In this document: positions 35,530 through 47,157 of the stretch, piece by piece
How the letters are laid out: each line of letters starts with the position of its first letter
Position numbering within the stretch: position 1 is the stretch's first letter
NCBI RefSeq assembly: GCF_001194135.2
Contig: NC_068983.1
Location: 58,277,064 to 58,326,484, forward strand
Length of the DNA stretch: 49,421 nt
Origin: Octopus bimaculoides
Taxonomy: Eukaryota
Direction of reading: 5' to 3'
The notes under the pieces: generated by a model
Database searches by the model: none
What the model was told of the DNA's origin: nothing
What the model saw: only the letters and a program-made list of their open reading frames with translations
Made by a program: the position numbers and the translations under genes

Positions 35530-36171
35530 AGAATAAGGGCAGGGAATCGTCAATTAATAATAGAATTAATAATTAACAATTTTGCCAAGTAGTTCAGTAT
35601 GAAAAAACCTTTATCGGTAAAACCATTTATCATCATAAATATACAGGGATTAGCATTGAGTTGCTTCTCCAACATACTGAAAATTTAGAAATAGCAGTCA
35701 AAGAACTACTGATTCTAAACTACAAATTTTTCTCTAAACGGATGGCNNNNNNNNNNNNNNNNNNNNNNNNNNNNNNNNNNNNNNNNNNNNNNNNNNNNNN
35801 NNNNNNNNNNNNNNNNNNNNNNNNNNNNNNNNNNNNNNNNNNNNNNNNNNNNNNNNNNNNNNNNNNNNNNNNNNNNNNNNNNNNNNNNNNNNNNNNNNNN
35901 NNNNNNNNNNNNNNNNNNNNNNNNNNNNNNNNNNNNNNNNNNNNNNNNNNNNNNNNNNNNNNNNNNNNNNNNNNNNNNNNNNNNNNNNNNNNNNNNNNNN
36001 NNNNNNNNNNNNNNNNNNNNNNNNNNNNNNNNNNNNNNNNNNNNNNNNNNNNNNNNNNNNNNNNNNNNNNNNNNNNNNNNNNNNNNNNNNNNNNNNNNNN
36101 NNNNNNNNNNNNNNNNNNNNNNNNNNNNNNNNNNNNNNNNNNNNNNNNNNNNNNNNNNNNNNNNNNNNATA

Positions 36172-36298
36172 CAGGTGCAAGAATGGCTGTGTGGTAAGTA
36201 GCTTGCTTACCAACCACATGGTTCCGGATTCAGTCCCACTGCATGGCATCTTAGGCAGGTGTCTCCTGCTTATAGCCTCAGGCCGACCAAAGCCTTAA
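36172..36298 (+). mobile_element. SINE family B, 5' half
   Basis: TGGCTGTGTGGTAAG...GGATTCAGTCCC...GGCATCTTAGGCAGGTGTCT. Confidence 0.85.
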
Positions 36299-36329
36299 AC
36301 TCATCATATATATGTATAAAACTGAGAAT

Positions 36330-36470
36330 GTGTGTGTGTCTTTCTGTCTGTCTTCCTGTGTGTCTGTATGTGTGCATCTCTAAAACTCAAGAGCTACCCA
36401 ACTGACTTCATTCAAATTTTACATATGACTTACTTAGGGTCCAAGGAGTGTCATACACCAAAAACATAGT
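36330..36470 (+). mobile_element. Possible non-autonomous Helitron-like (DINE/HINE-type) fragment
   Basis: A (TCTG)-rich stretch followed by CCAACTGACTTCATTCAAATTTTACA resembles the CCGATTT..T.AAATTT core of such elements. This is from recall only. Confidence 0.3.
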
Positions 36471-36993
36471 ACAAGATAATATAATATAATGAAAAGATAG
36501 AATATAAAATGTGCATTCTGATAGAACTAGTACTTTCATGTATTAAACTATCCAATCTTCAGGTTCATGTAGTAGTGGTGACTGTCATGTTTTACAATTT
36601 ACAATTCACCACAGATGTAAATTAAGTACCAGTTGCACACTGGGATCGATCTAATCGAGTGACCCCTTCCCCCAAAATGTCGGCCCTTGTGCTTAGAGTA
36701 GAAAAGAATTACTGATGCCTCTTCATCAAGTTACAATTTAACTGCTTTTCAAACTACATTTGAACAAAACAAATGTCCAACCAAAATTTTTCATAGACAT
36801 ATTACTATTCTAAATATAGTCTAAATTCTGACCCTTTCAACTCTGCTGGTGAGAAAAACAAGTGAGTTGCTGTCCAAAAATGGGTCAATAGTCCACTGAT
36901 ATATTTTACCATTCCACCAGTGAAGGTGGGATGGTAAAATAATATCAGTGGCTAGCATGAGTAAAAGAAGCATGAAGGTAAAATTATCAATCA

Positions 36994-37324
36994 ATAATGA
37001 AGGGTACTACTTGTAGCACCAGCATGCTAAGAATAGCAGTTAAAATGACTCAAAACCACAGTTTTCACTTGCACACAAGGGCAAAATCAGGGGAGCCAAG
37101 CAGAAAAATTTTAAGACCCCATATCATAGACATACCCATATCACAGTGATTTCAAGCTTTGTGAATGATCTCTTTGTTCTCATCAGTGAGTAATACTGAC
37201 CCAGGGCCAAAACCATGCCTGATTCATCTGATTTCACCCTTCAGTACAAGTGGAAACTATTGTTTTGAGTTGTTTTCACTGTTATTTTTAGCATGCTGGT
37301 GCTACTTGTAGCACCATTCATTAT
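36994..37324. mobile_element. MITE with ~97-bp imperfect terminal inverted repeats
   Basis: 36994-37090 aligns with the reverse complement of 37228-37324 (ATAATGAA.GGT.CTAC..GTAGCACCAGCATGCTAA.AATA.CAGT...AAATCAG). Confidence 0.75.
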
Positions 37325-37825
37325 AAATTGAAATAAATATGTGTGTGTGTGTGTGTGTGTATGTGTGTGTGTGTGTATTTGCTTATCCTTATATTTACTC
37401 CTCTACCTGCTCAAGCTTAAATCTCTTGAGCACGAGGAAGTGTATTCTATACAGAGATTATAATCTATAAACTATATATATACATAAGTGTGTCTATGTA
37501 TGTATGTATGTATGTTTGTATGTATTTATATAAAATATTCCTTACTTTAATAGTTTCTACATAACCAACAGCATTATCAATCATTACAATTTCGTTTCTT
37601 AATATTCTATTCACATCTAAACTTAACTATTTAAGGAACGTAAATTTACATTCTCCAAGTACATTTCTAACCTAGAGCATCTGATAAATTCTAACTATCC
37701 ATACAAAAATCTCTACATATCAAATCTTTTTGGACATACGTATACATACTTACACACACACACATACTCATATCTAACAGGAAAACATAAGTGTGTGTCT
37801 GCATACATATACATACATATTTGTG

Positions 37826-37867
<42 letters not shown>

Positions 37868-37868
37868 A

Positions 37869-37929
<61 letters not shown>

Positions 37930-38034
37930 GTATTTCAAAAGTAGGAGATGGAATGTGTATTAGACTTTTATTAAGTACAACTCACGTTTCAACTCGTCAT
38001 TCTGGGTCTCTTCGGGTACATCAATAAAAAAGTT

Positions 38035-38134
38035 GCCTGGTGTTGCCATCCGGTTTCACCAGTCCTCAGTCAAATCGTCCAACCCATGCTAGCATGGAAA
38101 GCGGACGTTAAACGATGATGATGATGATGATGAT
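38035..38134 (+). mobile_element. Family C 3' end
   Basis: CAGTCCTCAGTCAAATCGTCCAACCCATGCTAGCATGGAAAGCGGACGTTAAACGATGATG. Confidence 0.85.
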
Positions 38135-38452
38135 ATGTATTGGAGGAAAAAGACAACAAAAACGAAGGCAGAACAGGCTGGAGGCTGGTAATCAATATAT
38201 TATTTAGCTACATCTGGATGCACGTAGGTTCATTCTTAATAACATGCTTATGTATTGTTTATAACAAAAAAAAAGAGGAAAAAAAATAAGAAAAAAAAGG
38301 GAAGCTGCACGTATAACACATAACATAGAAGCAGTGCTAGAGATATACCAACACACACAAGATTGAGACATAGCCGACCTCACGCACTTCTCATGAGGAA
38401 TTCTGGAAAGAGCTTCGTGAGACCACTACTGAGATGCTTCCGAAAAAAAGAA

Positions 38453-38610
38453 AAGCCGTTGGAAAACCGATTATAGTAGCAACACCATCTAAGAATATCT
38501 GAAGAAGGAATTGTATTCCGAAATATCATTGGACTATAGATAATTAAATTACAACAGGTATATAGTCCATTGTTTTGTATTATAGTGCATTGTTGTACCA
38601 TTCAAAACAT
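38453..38610 (+). mobile_element. Penelope-like pseudo-LTR fragment (ATAT-hammerhead family)
   Basis: Same sequence as 6324-6480. Core CTGAAGA at 38499-38505, GAAA at 38520-38523. Confidence 0.65.
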
Positions 38611-38630
38611 TTTATCATTTAGAATAATTT

Positions 38631-38966
38631 AATTAGGGTAAGGCGAATTTGAAGTCTTACAGCTGTTTCTGGGATATCCCAAGCGATAGGCTAGCATGCC
38701 TGTACACTGGGTATTCCATCATCAGAGACAAGGTGAGTATGTATGAAAGTTCTAGACAGAGAAGTTCACAGTTTATAAGGAATAAAATAGATGAATAAAG
38801 ATTAAAAGTAGATAGAAGAAATGAGACAGGAGAAAAAGTTCATAGTTCATCTTTCTCCAGAGGGTTTGGATGTTGGTCTCTACTTTCATGAAGATATAGG
38901 CCCTTAGGTAGAATCCCAGATAAATACAGGCAGTATTTTGGCAGTATTTCGAATTATGCATTCATG
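38631..38966 (-). mobile_element. Penelope-like pseudo-LTR fragment (ACAGCTGT-hammerhead family)
   Basis: A possible ORF end KYCLYLSGILPKGLYLHESRDQHPNPLEKDEL* is followed by a UTR containing the hammerhead. The same frame end (PLEQDEL*) occurs in the 21.9 kb copy. Confidence 0.65.
38654..38729 (-). ncRNA. Type I hammerhead ribozyme motif with fully intact core
   Basis: The minus strand reads GTCT-CTGATGA-TGG...CCA-GAA-ACAGCTGT-A-AGAC. Stem I is GTCT/AGAC, stem II is extended, helix III is an 8-nt palindrome and the triplet is GUA. Confidence 0.85.
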
Positions 38967-39220
38967 TTGAAGTGGTTAGCTAGTATATTACACTAATTAA
39001 ATTACTATAAATGACTTGAGATACTCGGCCAGCTTTGGTATTTGTTGTCCTTTTCCTCTAATATTTACTTGCTAACACGGAAGCCTAATATGGATCCCTA
39101 GTTTCACCCTCAGCTGTGAACTTGGAACTTAATGGATGACCAATTATAACACTTACTCAGCGCACCTATTTGTTTAGGCCACCATTGAACTAAACCCCTC
39201 ATATTCTAAGTATACATATA

Positions 39221-39543
39221 TCATCATCATCCTCATCGTTTAACATCCGCTTTCCATGCTGGCATGGGTTGGACTATTTCACTGAACACTGGGGAACTGG
39301 CTGGCTGCACCAGGCCCCAATCTGATTTGGCAGAGTTTCTACAGCTGGATGCTCTTCCTAATGCCAACCACTCCGAGAGTGTAGTGGGTGCTTTTATGTG
39401 CCACCGGCACAAGAGCCAGTCAGGTGGTACTGGCAACAGCCACGCTCAAAATGGTGTTTTTTACGTGCCACCTGCACAGGAGCCATACATCTTCATCATT
39501 ATTATCGTTTAATGTCCGCCTTCCATGCTAGCATGGGTTGGAC
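39221..39543 (-). mobile_element. Family C RTE 3' end plus a second short 3' end
   Basis: Two (CAT)n-CGTTTAA...CATGGGTTGGAC starts at 39221 and about 39487. Confidence 0.85.
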
Positions 39544-39748
39544 ATATTCATCCTTATGGGTTTGTGCATATATTTGTATTAATTGCTCACTACTCACTCT
39601 CACACACATGTATATATGTGTACATAATATATATTTGTATGTGAAGAATAAAGTGTGTGTGTGCATGCATGTGTGTGTGTGTGCATGTGCACATATGTAT
39701 GTGTGTGTGTGTACCTTACAAATCTATATGCCTATACATGTATATCTC

Positions 39749-39830
<82 letters not shown>

Positions 39831-40515
39831 TAGAAAGATAGAGCTACAGATACGTACATATGTGTTTGTGTGTGTATATACATGTGTGCATTTTCAGGGA
39901 TAGATAATGCTTGTTTCGTGAATTGTAACTGAATCCATGGTTGTCTCATTGAGCAGATAATATTGGATGCATCTTCCACCAAGGTAGACTTTGCCTTTCA
40001 TCTTTTCAGAGTTGATAAATTAAGTACCAGTTATGTACTGCGATCGATCCAATCGACTGGCTCCCCTCCCCAAGAATTTTGTGCCTTGTGCCTAGAGTAG
40101 AAAAGAATATTGAATGCAACTTTATATCTATATATATATATATAAACACACATAAACACACATGCACACGTGCAGGTATACATACATACATATATACACA
40201 TACATACACACAGACACACATACACACACATACATACAGGGAGAGAAAGAGAGATGATGATGATGATGATGACACCAACGATGTCACCACGCCGATGAGG
40301 ATGATGATAGAAATGTAAATAGCGAAAATGATGATAATGATGAAAACAATGATGATGGTGATGATAATGATGGTGAAGATGTCGATGATGATAATGATGA
40401 TGTTAAACATTCTGTAATTAATTTTTGTAATTAATTCAGTGCATCATGCTATCTAATCATCTCTTATGCATTATCTTCGTTATCATCAATGTCATTATCT
40501 CTACTCCTAACTCCC

Positions 40516-40870
40516 AGGCAGCAAGCTGGCAGAATTGTTAGCATGCCGGGCAAAACGCTTAGCGGCATTTTATCCGTCTTTACGTTTTGAGTTCAAATTC
40601 TGCAAAGGCTGACTTTCCCTTTCATCCCTTCAGGATCGATAATATAAGTATGTAGGAGAGTAATGTAGTTCGCTTGAAGCATTGTGCATTGTTTGTAAAG
40701 AATAAAAGTTTTGAACGGTACAACAATGCACTATAATACAAAAAATGGACTATATACCTGTTGTAATTTAGTTATCTATAGTTCGATATGTACCATGTTC
40801 TGGGGTTAATATAATCAATTTCCCCACCCCTCAAAAACCAGCACCCCTGTGCCAAATTTTGAAAGCGTTA
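40516..40870 (+). mobile_element. SINE family A interrupted by a Penelope-like fragment (40655-40789, minus)
   Basis: The family A body stops at ...ATAAGTA (40650) and resumes at GTACCA..CTGGGGTT (40790). Confidence 0.7.
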
Positions 40871-40905
40871 TCTTTACCTTTGTTGTTATTATTACATGGT
40901 GCTTC

Positions 40906-41335
40906 AAGGTAACAAGCTGGCAGAATCATTAGCACGCCAGGCGAAATGCTTAGCAGTATTTCGTCTGCTTTTATGTTCTGAGTTCAAATTCCGCCAAGGT
41001 CGACTTTACCTTTCATCCTTTCGGGGTCGAATAAATAAGTACCAGTTATGCACTGAGGTCAATATAATCGACTTAATCCGTTTGTCTGTCCTTGTTTGTA
41101 CCCTCTGTGTGTAGGCCCTTGTGGGCAATAAAGAAATAAGAAACATTAGCATGCCGGGCAAAATACTTAGCAGTATTTTGTCTGTCTTCAAGTTCTGAGT
41201 TCAAATTCTGCCGGGGTCAGTTTTGCCTTTCATCCTTTCAGGATCAATAAACGAAGTACCAGTTATGCACTGGGGTCGATCTAATCAACTAGTCCCCTCC
41301 CCACAAATTTCATGCCTTTAGTAGAAAGGATTATT
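40906..41335 (+). mobile_element. SINE family A dimer (full unit plus headless unit)
   Basis: The junction GGCAATAAAGAAATAAGAAACATTAGCATG at about 41124-41153 is the same junction as at about 8460-8489. Confidence 0.85.
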
Positions 41336-41519
41336 ACATGGCACCTCCATGAGTGTTTTTTACATGACACCTGCACATGTCTCTTGTAAGTGAATTCCCC
41401 CGACCAGGGGGACCAGTCTTAACACTTCTGCAGTCTTCTCTCTCGCACACACCAACTAATTCCTCTTATGCTTCACTTCTCACTCAGCACACTAGCACTC
41501 TATCGAATATGTACACTTA

Positions 41520-41567
<48 letters not shown>

Positions 41568-41638
41568 CATGTGTATGTATTTATGTATATATATATATAC
41601 ACACACACACACACGCACACACACACACACATATATAT

Positions 41639-41722
<84 letters not shown>

Positions 41723-41726
<4 letters not shown>

Positions 41727-41952
41727 CTTTATTGCCCAAAGGGGGCTAAATATAGAGGGAACAAACAAAGAGCGACAAAGGGATTAAGTCGATTACATCA
41801 ATCCCAGTGTGTAACTGGTACTTATTTAATCGACCTGAAAGGATGAAAGGCAAAGTTGACCTTGGCAGAATTTGAACTCAGAACGCAACAGCAGACGAAA
41901 TACTACTAAGCATTTCACCCGGCATGCTAACGATTCTGCCAGCTCACCGCCC
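41723..41952 (-). mobile_element. SINE family A with the AATAAAGAAA-type tail
   Basis: Reverse complement of the first unit of the dimer. Confidence 0.9.
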
Positions 41953-41989
41953 TATGTATAATATATATATATCTTTGTGTGTGTGTATG

Positions 41990-42650
41990 TATAAAATTAA
42001 GGAGAGGAGAAAACAAATTCAAAGGCCGATGTATATATTCATTTAATCCATATTAACAAAGTTCTCCATGGTATACAAAATACATACATAGATGATAATG
42101 ATGATGATGATGCATTCATCTATATGATATATAAAAAATTTCTAAGAATTTATAAATGCCTACATATACGCGAAAATTAATAAAGATATAAAAATTCATG
42201 CACATATAAAAATCATAAATTTAAATATATAAAAAGTGTAAGTCCATAAGTGTACTTGCGAAGTCTGAATGAAAAGGAAGATAAAGCAGATGTAAAATGA
42301 TTCCTAAGGAGTCTGGAACATATATAAAGTTTATGTATAAAGTCTTACAGCTTTTGAATCATTTTACATCTGCTTGATCATCCTCTTTATTCGGACTTCG
42401 CAAATACATTTATGGACTTACAGTTTTTATATACTTATATTTATGAATTTTTATGTGTTTACAAATTTTTATGTTTATAAATTTTCGTGTATATGTATGT
42501 ATTTATAGATTCTAAGAAATTTCTTATATATCATATAGATGAATGCATCTATGTATGTACTTTGTATACCATGGAGAATTTCGTTAATGTGGATTAAATG
42601 AATATATACATTGGCCTTTGAATTTGTTTTCTCCTCTTCTTAATTGTATA
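41990..42650. repeat. ~660-bp fold-back (long inverted repeat, ~300-bp arms, ~52-nt spacer)
   Basis: 41990-42303 aligns along its length with the reverse complement of 42356-42650. The ends read TATA(A/C)AATTAAG. Confidence 0.9.
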
Positions 42651-42730
42651 TTCCTGAAGTTCTATCAGAGCGCTACTCGGTTGAGTTGTATAAAGTGGAT
42701 ACCTATATCACTTATTTCTTCATTATGTCA

Positions 42731-42907
42731 CACGTAAAAGCGTCCACTACACTCACGGAGTGGTTGGCGTTAGGAAGGGCATCCAGCTGTAAAAACTCTG
42801 CCAAATTAGATTGGAGTCTGGTGTAGCTTTCTGGTTCACCAGTCCTCAGTCAAATCGTCCAACCCATGCTAGCATGGAAAGCGGACGTTAAACGACGATG
42901 ATGATGA

Positions 42908-42911
<4 letters not shown>
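42731..42911 (+). mobile_element. Family C RTE 3' end
   Basis: GTGGTTGGCGTTAGGAAGGGCATCCAGCTGTAAAA...GGACGTTAAACGACGATGATG. Confidence 0.9.
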
Positions 42912-42954
<43 letters not shown>

Positions 42955-43937
42955 TGGGGAGACACACATACATACAATGGGCTTCCATACATTTTCCATC
43001 CACCAAATTTCACTTACAAGCCATTGTTCTTTACAAAGGTACAGTAAAAACATACTTGCACATGATGCCACATGCTGAGATTGAACTTCAATCCATGTGG
43101 TTGTGAAGCAAGTTTCTTAACCACAAAGTTATCGAGAGAAAAAAAAAAAGTAAATGCTAGATGTGCAACGGTGATAAATATGCTTGACTTGTTCTGTAAA
43201 GCTGTGTGTTAAATCGTTTTGAAATGAAGTGGCAGTCGAGTTAGTTATCTAAGTAAATTATTTAGGAAGGCCACAGTAGAAACAGTTTCTATTGAACAAA
43301 TCTTATAGAAAGGACAGCATTACATTACAATCAATCAAAATCGACAAAAGTATATTCCCCTTGCCTGAACGATTAAACTACATTTGGAAATAGCTGAATC
43401 ATTCACCATTCACTGACCAATACAACAAGGGAGATTCTTAAAATAAAAGAACTTATTCTTCGAGTTTAAAATACTTAGCGAACTTAACAATGAGAGATAA
43501 TGGATTACAGAAATATATATCTGACACAGCCCTTTACAAGTAAATTGCCCATTTTTACAGCGATGTATGTTTGGAAATAGGAAAGAAATATATATAAAAT
43601 GTTATAGAAAATTTGGTCTTTTTTATGTAAGAGAAATGTCTTTATTTTCTTCATTTTCCTGTTTTTAAACTAGATAAAGGTAACACCACTGCAGATATTT
43701 CAATCGTTAAGTTGTTTTGATCTTCCTAAAGCTATCTTTCTTCTTTTTATTTTCACTCATTTCAAACAGTGATTTTCAATTATTGCACACAACAAACTCA
43801 TCTATTCCAACTGGTTGCATTCAATCTAAGGTACATTTTTATACCAAATAACACATGGGAAATTAATTAGAACTCATTTGAAAGCCTGTAATGAGCAAAT
43901 AATTCATTTTTTCTCACTTGTTTATTTGTTATATATG

Positions 43938-43980
<43 letters not shown>

Positions 43981-45198
43981 GCATACATACACACACATAT
44001 ACATACATACATGCATACATACATACATACATACATATATACATACATACATACATACATACATACATACATACATACATANNNNNNNNNNNNNNNNNNN
44101 NNNNNNNNNNNNNNNNNNNNNNNNNNNNNNNNNNNNNNNNNNNNNNNNNNNNNNNNNNNNNNNNNNNNNNNNNNNNNNNNNNNNNNNNNNNNNNNNNNNN
44201 NNNNNNNNNNNNNNNNNNNNNNNNNNNNNNNNNNNNNNNNNNNNNNNNNNNNNNNNNNNNNNNNNNNNNNNNNNNNNNNNNNNNNNNNNNNNNNNNNNNN
44301 NNNNNNNNNNNNNNNNNNNNNNNNNNNNNNNNNNNNNNNNNNNNNNNNNNNNNNNNNNNNNNNNNNNNNNNNNNNNNNNNNNNNNNNNNNNNNNNNNNNN
44401 NNNNNNNNNNNNNNNNNNNNNNNNNNNNNNNNNNNNNNNNNNNNNNNNNNNNNNNNNNNNNNNNNNNNNNNNNNNNNNNNNNNNNNNNNNNNNNNNNNNN
44501 NNNNNNNNNNNNNNNNNNNNNNNNNNNNNNNNNNNNNNNNNNNNNNNNNNNNNNNNNNNNNNNNNNNNNNNNNNNNNNNNNNNNNNNNNNNNNNNNNNNN
44601 NNNNNNNNNNNNNNNNNNNNNNNNNNNNNNNNNNNNNNNNNNNNNNNNNNNNNNNNNNNNNNNNNNNNNNNNNNNNNNNNNNNNNNNNNNNNNNNNNNNN
44701 NNNNNNNNNNNNNNNNNNNNNNNNNNNNNNNNNNNNNNNNNNNNNNNNNNNNNGCCTTTGTTTTATTTTGTACAAGCTGCACCCTAGTGTCATCCAGAGA
44801 TGTCCAATGCAAAACGAGTTTTTCGCATCTAAAGATGCAAACAGCCGAGATATCACGCAATTGAAAAAAACTGATTATTATTCCCCCCCCCACCCCCACT
44901 ATTGGGGATTCTATTTGTTAATTATTTATTTCCCTAATTTCTATTTATAAATCCTTTTGTTGTATCCTTTAATGTTGTAATGTTTCCCCTTGATCGATGT
45001 AAACCCTACCTATTTTCTGTGATGTATCGCATCCTTTGATATTGTCCTTCATGTCTTGGGTTTGTGTGGCCAATAAAAGAAATCATTATTTTTTTTTTTT
45101 TATCATTTCACTATTATATGTAAACTCCCACACTTTATGTCTGTTGCTCTATTGTCCCCAACATATTTTGCCCTTGTGGCAAATAAATGAAATCTTCA

Positions 45199-45204
45199 TT
45201 ATTA

Positions 45205-45254
<50 letters not shown>

Positions 45255-45613
45255 GCCTTTGCACAGCTTCTAATGCTGGAGATGTACTACAGTGTCAGCT
45301 GTTCACTGCCAGTGAACTAAGGTAACACCCCTTATTTTTCTAGCGCCATCCAGAGTATTTGAGCGGTTCCAAGCAGTGCTGTTTTCTGCAAGTGCTCCAC
45401 CCTTATTGCAGTCCCTATTTGTTCCATGTACTTCTCAAGATTTCTACTCACTGCTCCCAAGGCTCTGACAATTATTTGTACTACTGCCACCTTTTTCATT
45501 GACCACAACTGCTTAGCCTCCCAAGCTAACCTATTATATCTATCAACTTTTCTCTCTTCTTTATCGCATACCTTGTTGTCAGCTGGGCATGCTATATCTA
45601 TGATCCAGCATTT
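45199..45613 (-). mobile_element. R4/Dong-type LINE 3' end with restriction-like endonuclease remnant and (TAA)n tail
   Basis: The frame 45610-45332 is uninterrupted: CWIIDIACPADNKVCDKEERKVDRYNRLAWEAKQLWSMKKVAVVQIIVRALGAVSRNLEKYMEQIGTAIRVEHLQKTALLGTAQILWMALEK*. It has the IID...P.D...KE..K..Y pattern of the R2/R4 REL domain. Confidence 0.9.
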
Positions 45614-45793
45614 TTGGGGGTCAATAAATAAGTTCCATTTGAGAAGTGGGCAGGGGATCTAATTGACTTAGAACCTCTCCAGACTTGCTGGCCTTCAACC
45701 AACATTTCAAACCATCGTTGTTGTTGTTGTTGTTAGTAGTAGTAGTTGTAGTTTTTAGCTGTAATTACATCAAATATCAACAAACTACTTATA

Positions 45794-45951
45794 GGCACAG
45801 GTGTGGCTGTGTGGTACAAAGCTTGCTTCCCAATCACATGGTTCTGGGTTCAGTCCCACTGCATGGCACTTTGGCCAAGTGTCTTGTACTATAGCCTTGG
45901 ACCGACCAAAGCCTTGTGAGTTGATGGAAACTGAAAGAAACCCATCATATA

Positions 45952-45994
<43 letters not shown>

Positions 45995-46212
45995 GTATTT
46001 GTGTGTCTGTGTCTATGTTTGTCTCTCCATCATTGCTTGACAACTAATGTTGGTGTGTTTACATCCCTGTAACTTAGCAGTTCAGCCTAAGAGACCAATG
46101 GAATAAATACCAGGCTTACAAACAATAAGTCAAGGAGTTAATTTCTTCAACTAAAAGGTGGTGCTCCAGCATGGCCACAGTCAAAATGACTAAAACAAGT
46201 AAAAGAATAAAA
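45794..46212 (+). mobile_element. SINE family B, full length
   Basis: Head, CORE-like region, (TG)n and tail in order. Confidence 0.9.
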
Positions 46213-46499
46213 GAAAAGAATAATGTCCATGTTAAATTAAACTTGCAGCAACCCAACAGCAGCAAAATTTATTTATTTCTGGACTGTGGCCATGCTAGAG
46301 CATTGTCTCAAAAAATTCAGCCTATCAATCAACCCAACCTCAGTATTAATATTTTTTTAAGTCTGGCATTTAAACTATTAACTGACAAATTATTTTGTTC
46401 ATACCTTTTTGGCTTTGCCAGGTGTCTTAGGAGTTAAAAAAACAATAAGTAGGATTTAAATTTTTTTTATATGTGAATTATTTTGGAAATTATGATAAA

Positions 46500-46892
46500 T
46501 ATTTCAAGAAGTCCCAAATAGGGATCGCTGAAAAAAAGTATATTTATCCTTTTCTCTTCAGTTGCAATAATAAACATTTTAGTTTTTTTTAATCAAATGC
46601 GAATGTGTATGAAAATCAATTAATGATACAAATGGGAAATGCAAAAAGAAAAAACAAAACGTTTTCGAAACAGTCAATAATTTTGTCATTCAAAAATTGC
46701 AATTTATGACATAAAATGTCCTCTAGAATTAGCCAGAGCTAATAATGACAAACTTTAACGATTAAATATTGTGAAACACACCTCTGCAAATGCCATGTAC
46801 AAAAACAATTCACCTTAAATACAATGAACACCCGGCAGTGAGACTCTTTTTAATAGATCCCCAAATGGGGCTCATGGCAGGCAAAGGGTTAA
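46500..46892. mobile_element. Possible piggyBac-type right end
   Basis: Ends ...GGCAGGCAAAGGG|TTAA. No matching left end was found. Confidence 0.3.
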
Positions 46893-47157
46893 AGTTGAGA
46901 GAAATTTGGTTGCTATTTCTAGATAACCCAACGACCACGTAGAGGCCCTCTCACTCCTTTGACTGCTATATTGTTTGATTTCTTACTGAAGGAAGTATTT
47001 CACTTAATCCCCATATCCTTGTGACTTGTTGTCATAAGAGAAAAAGCTTATCCCAGACTGAGTTGCTTTTTTAAAAATTACTTCTCATAACAGTTGATTC
47101 ATCCAAAATTGTTGTCAATGTCCAAGAAAATCACACTGGAGAAGAAAGCAGGGCACA

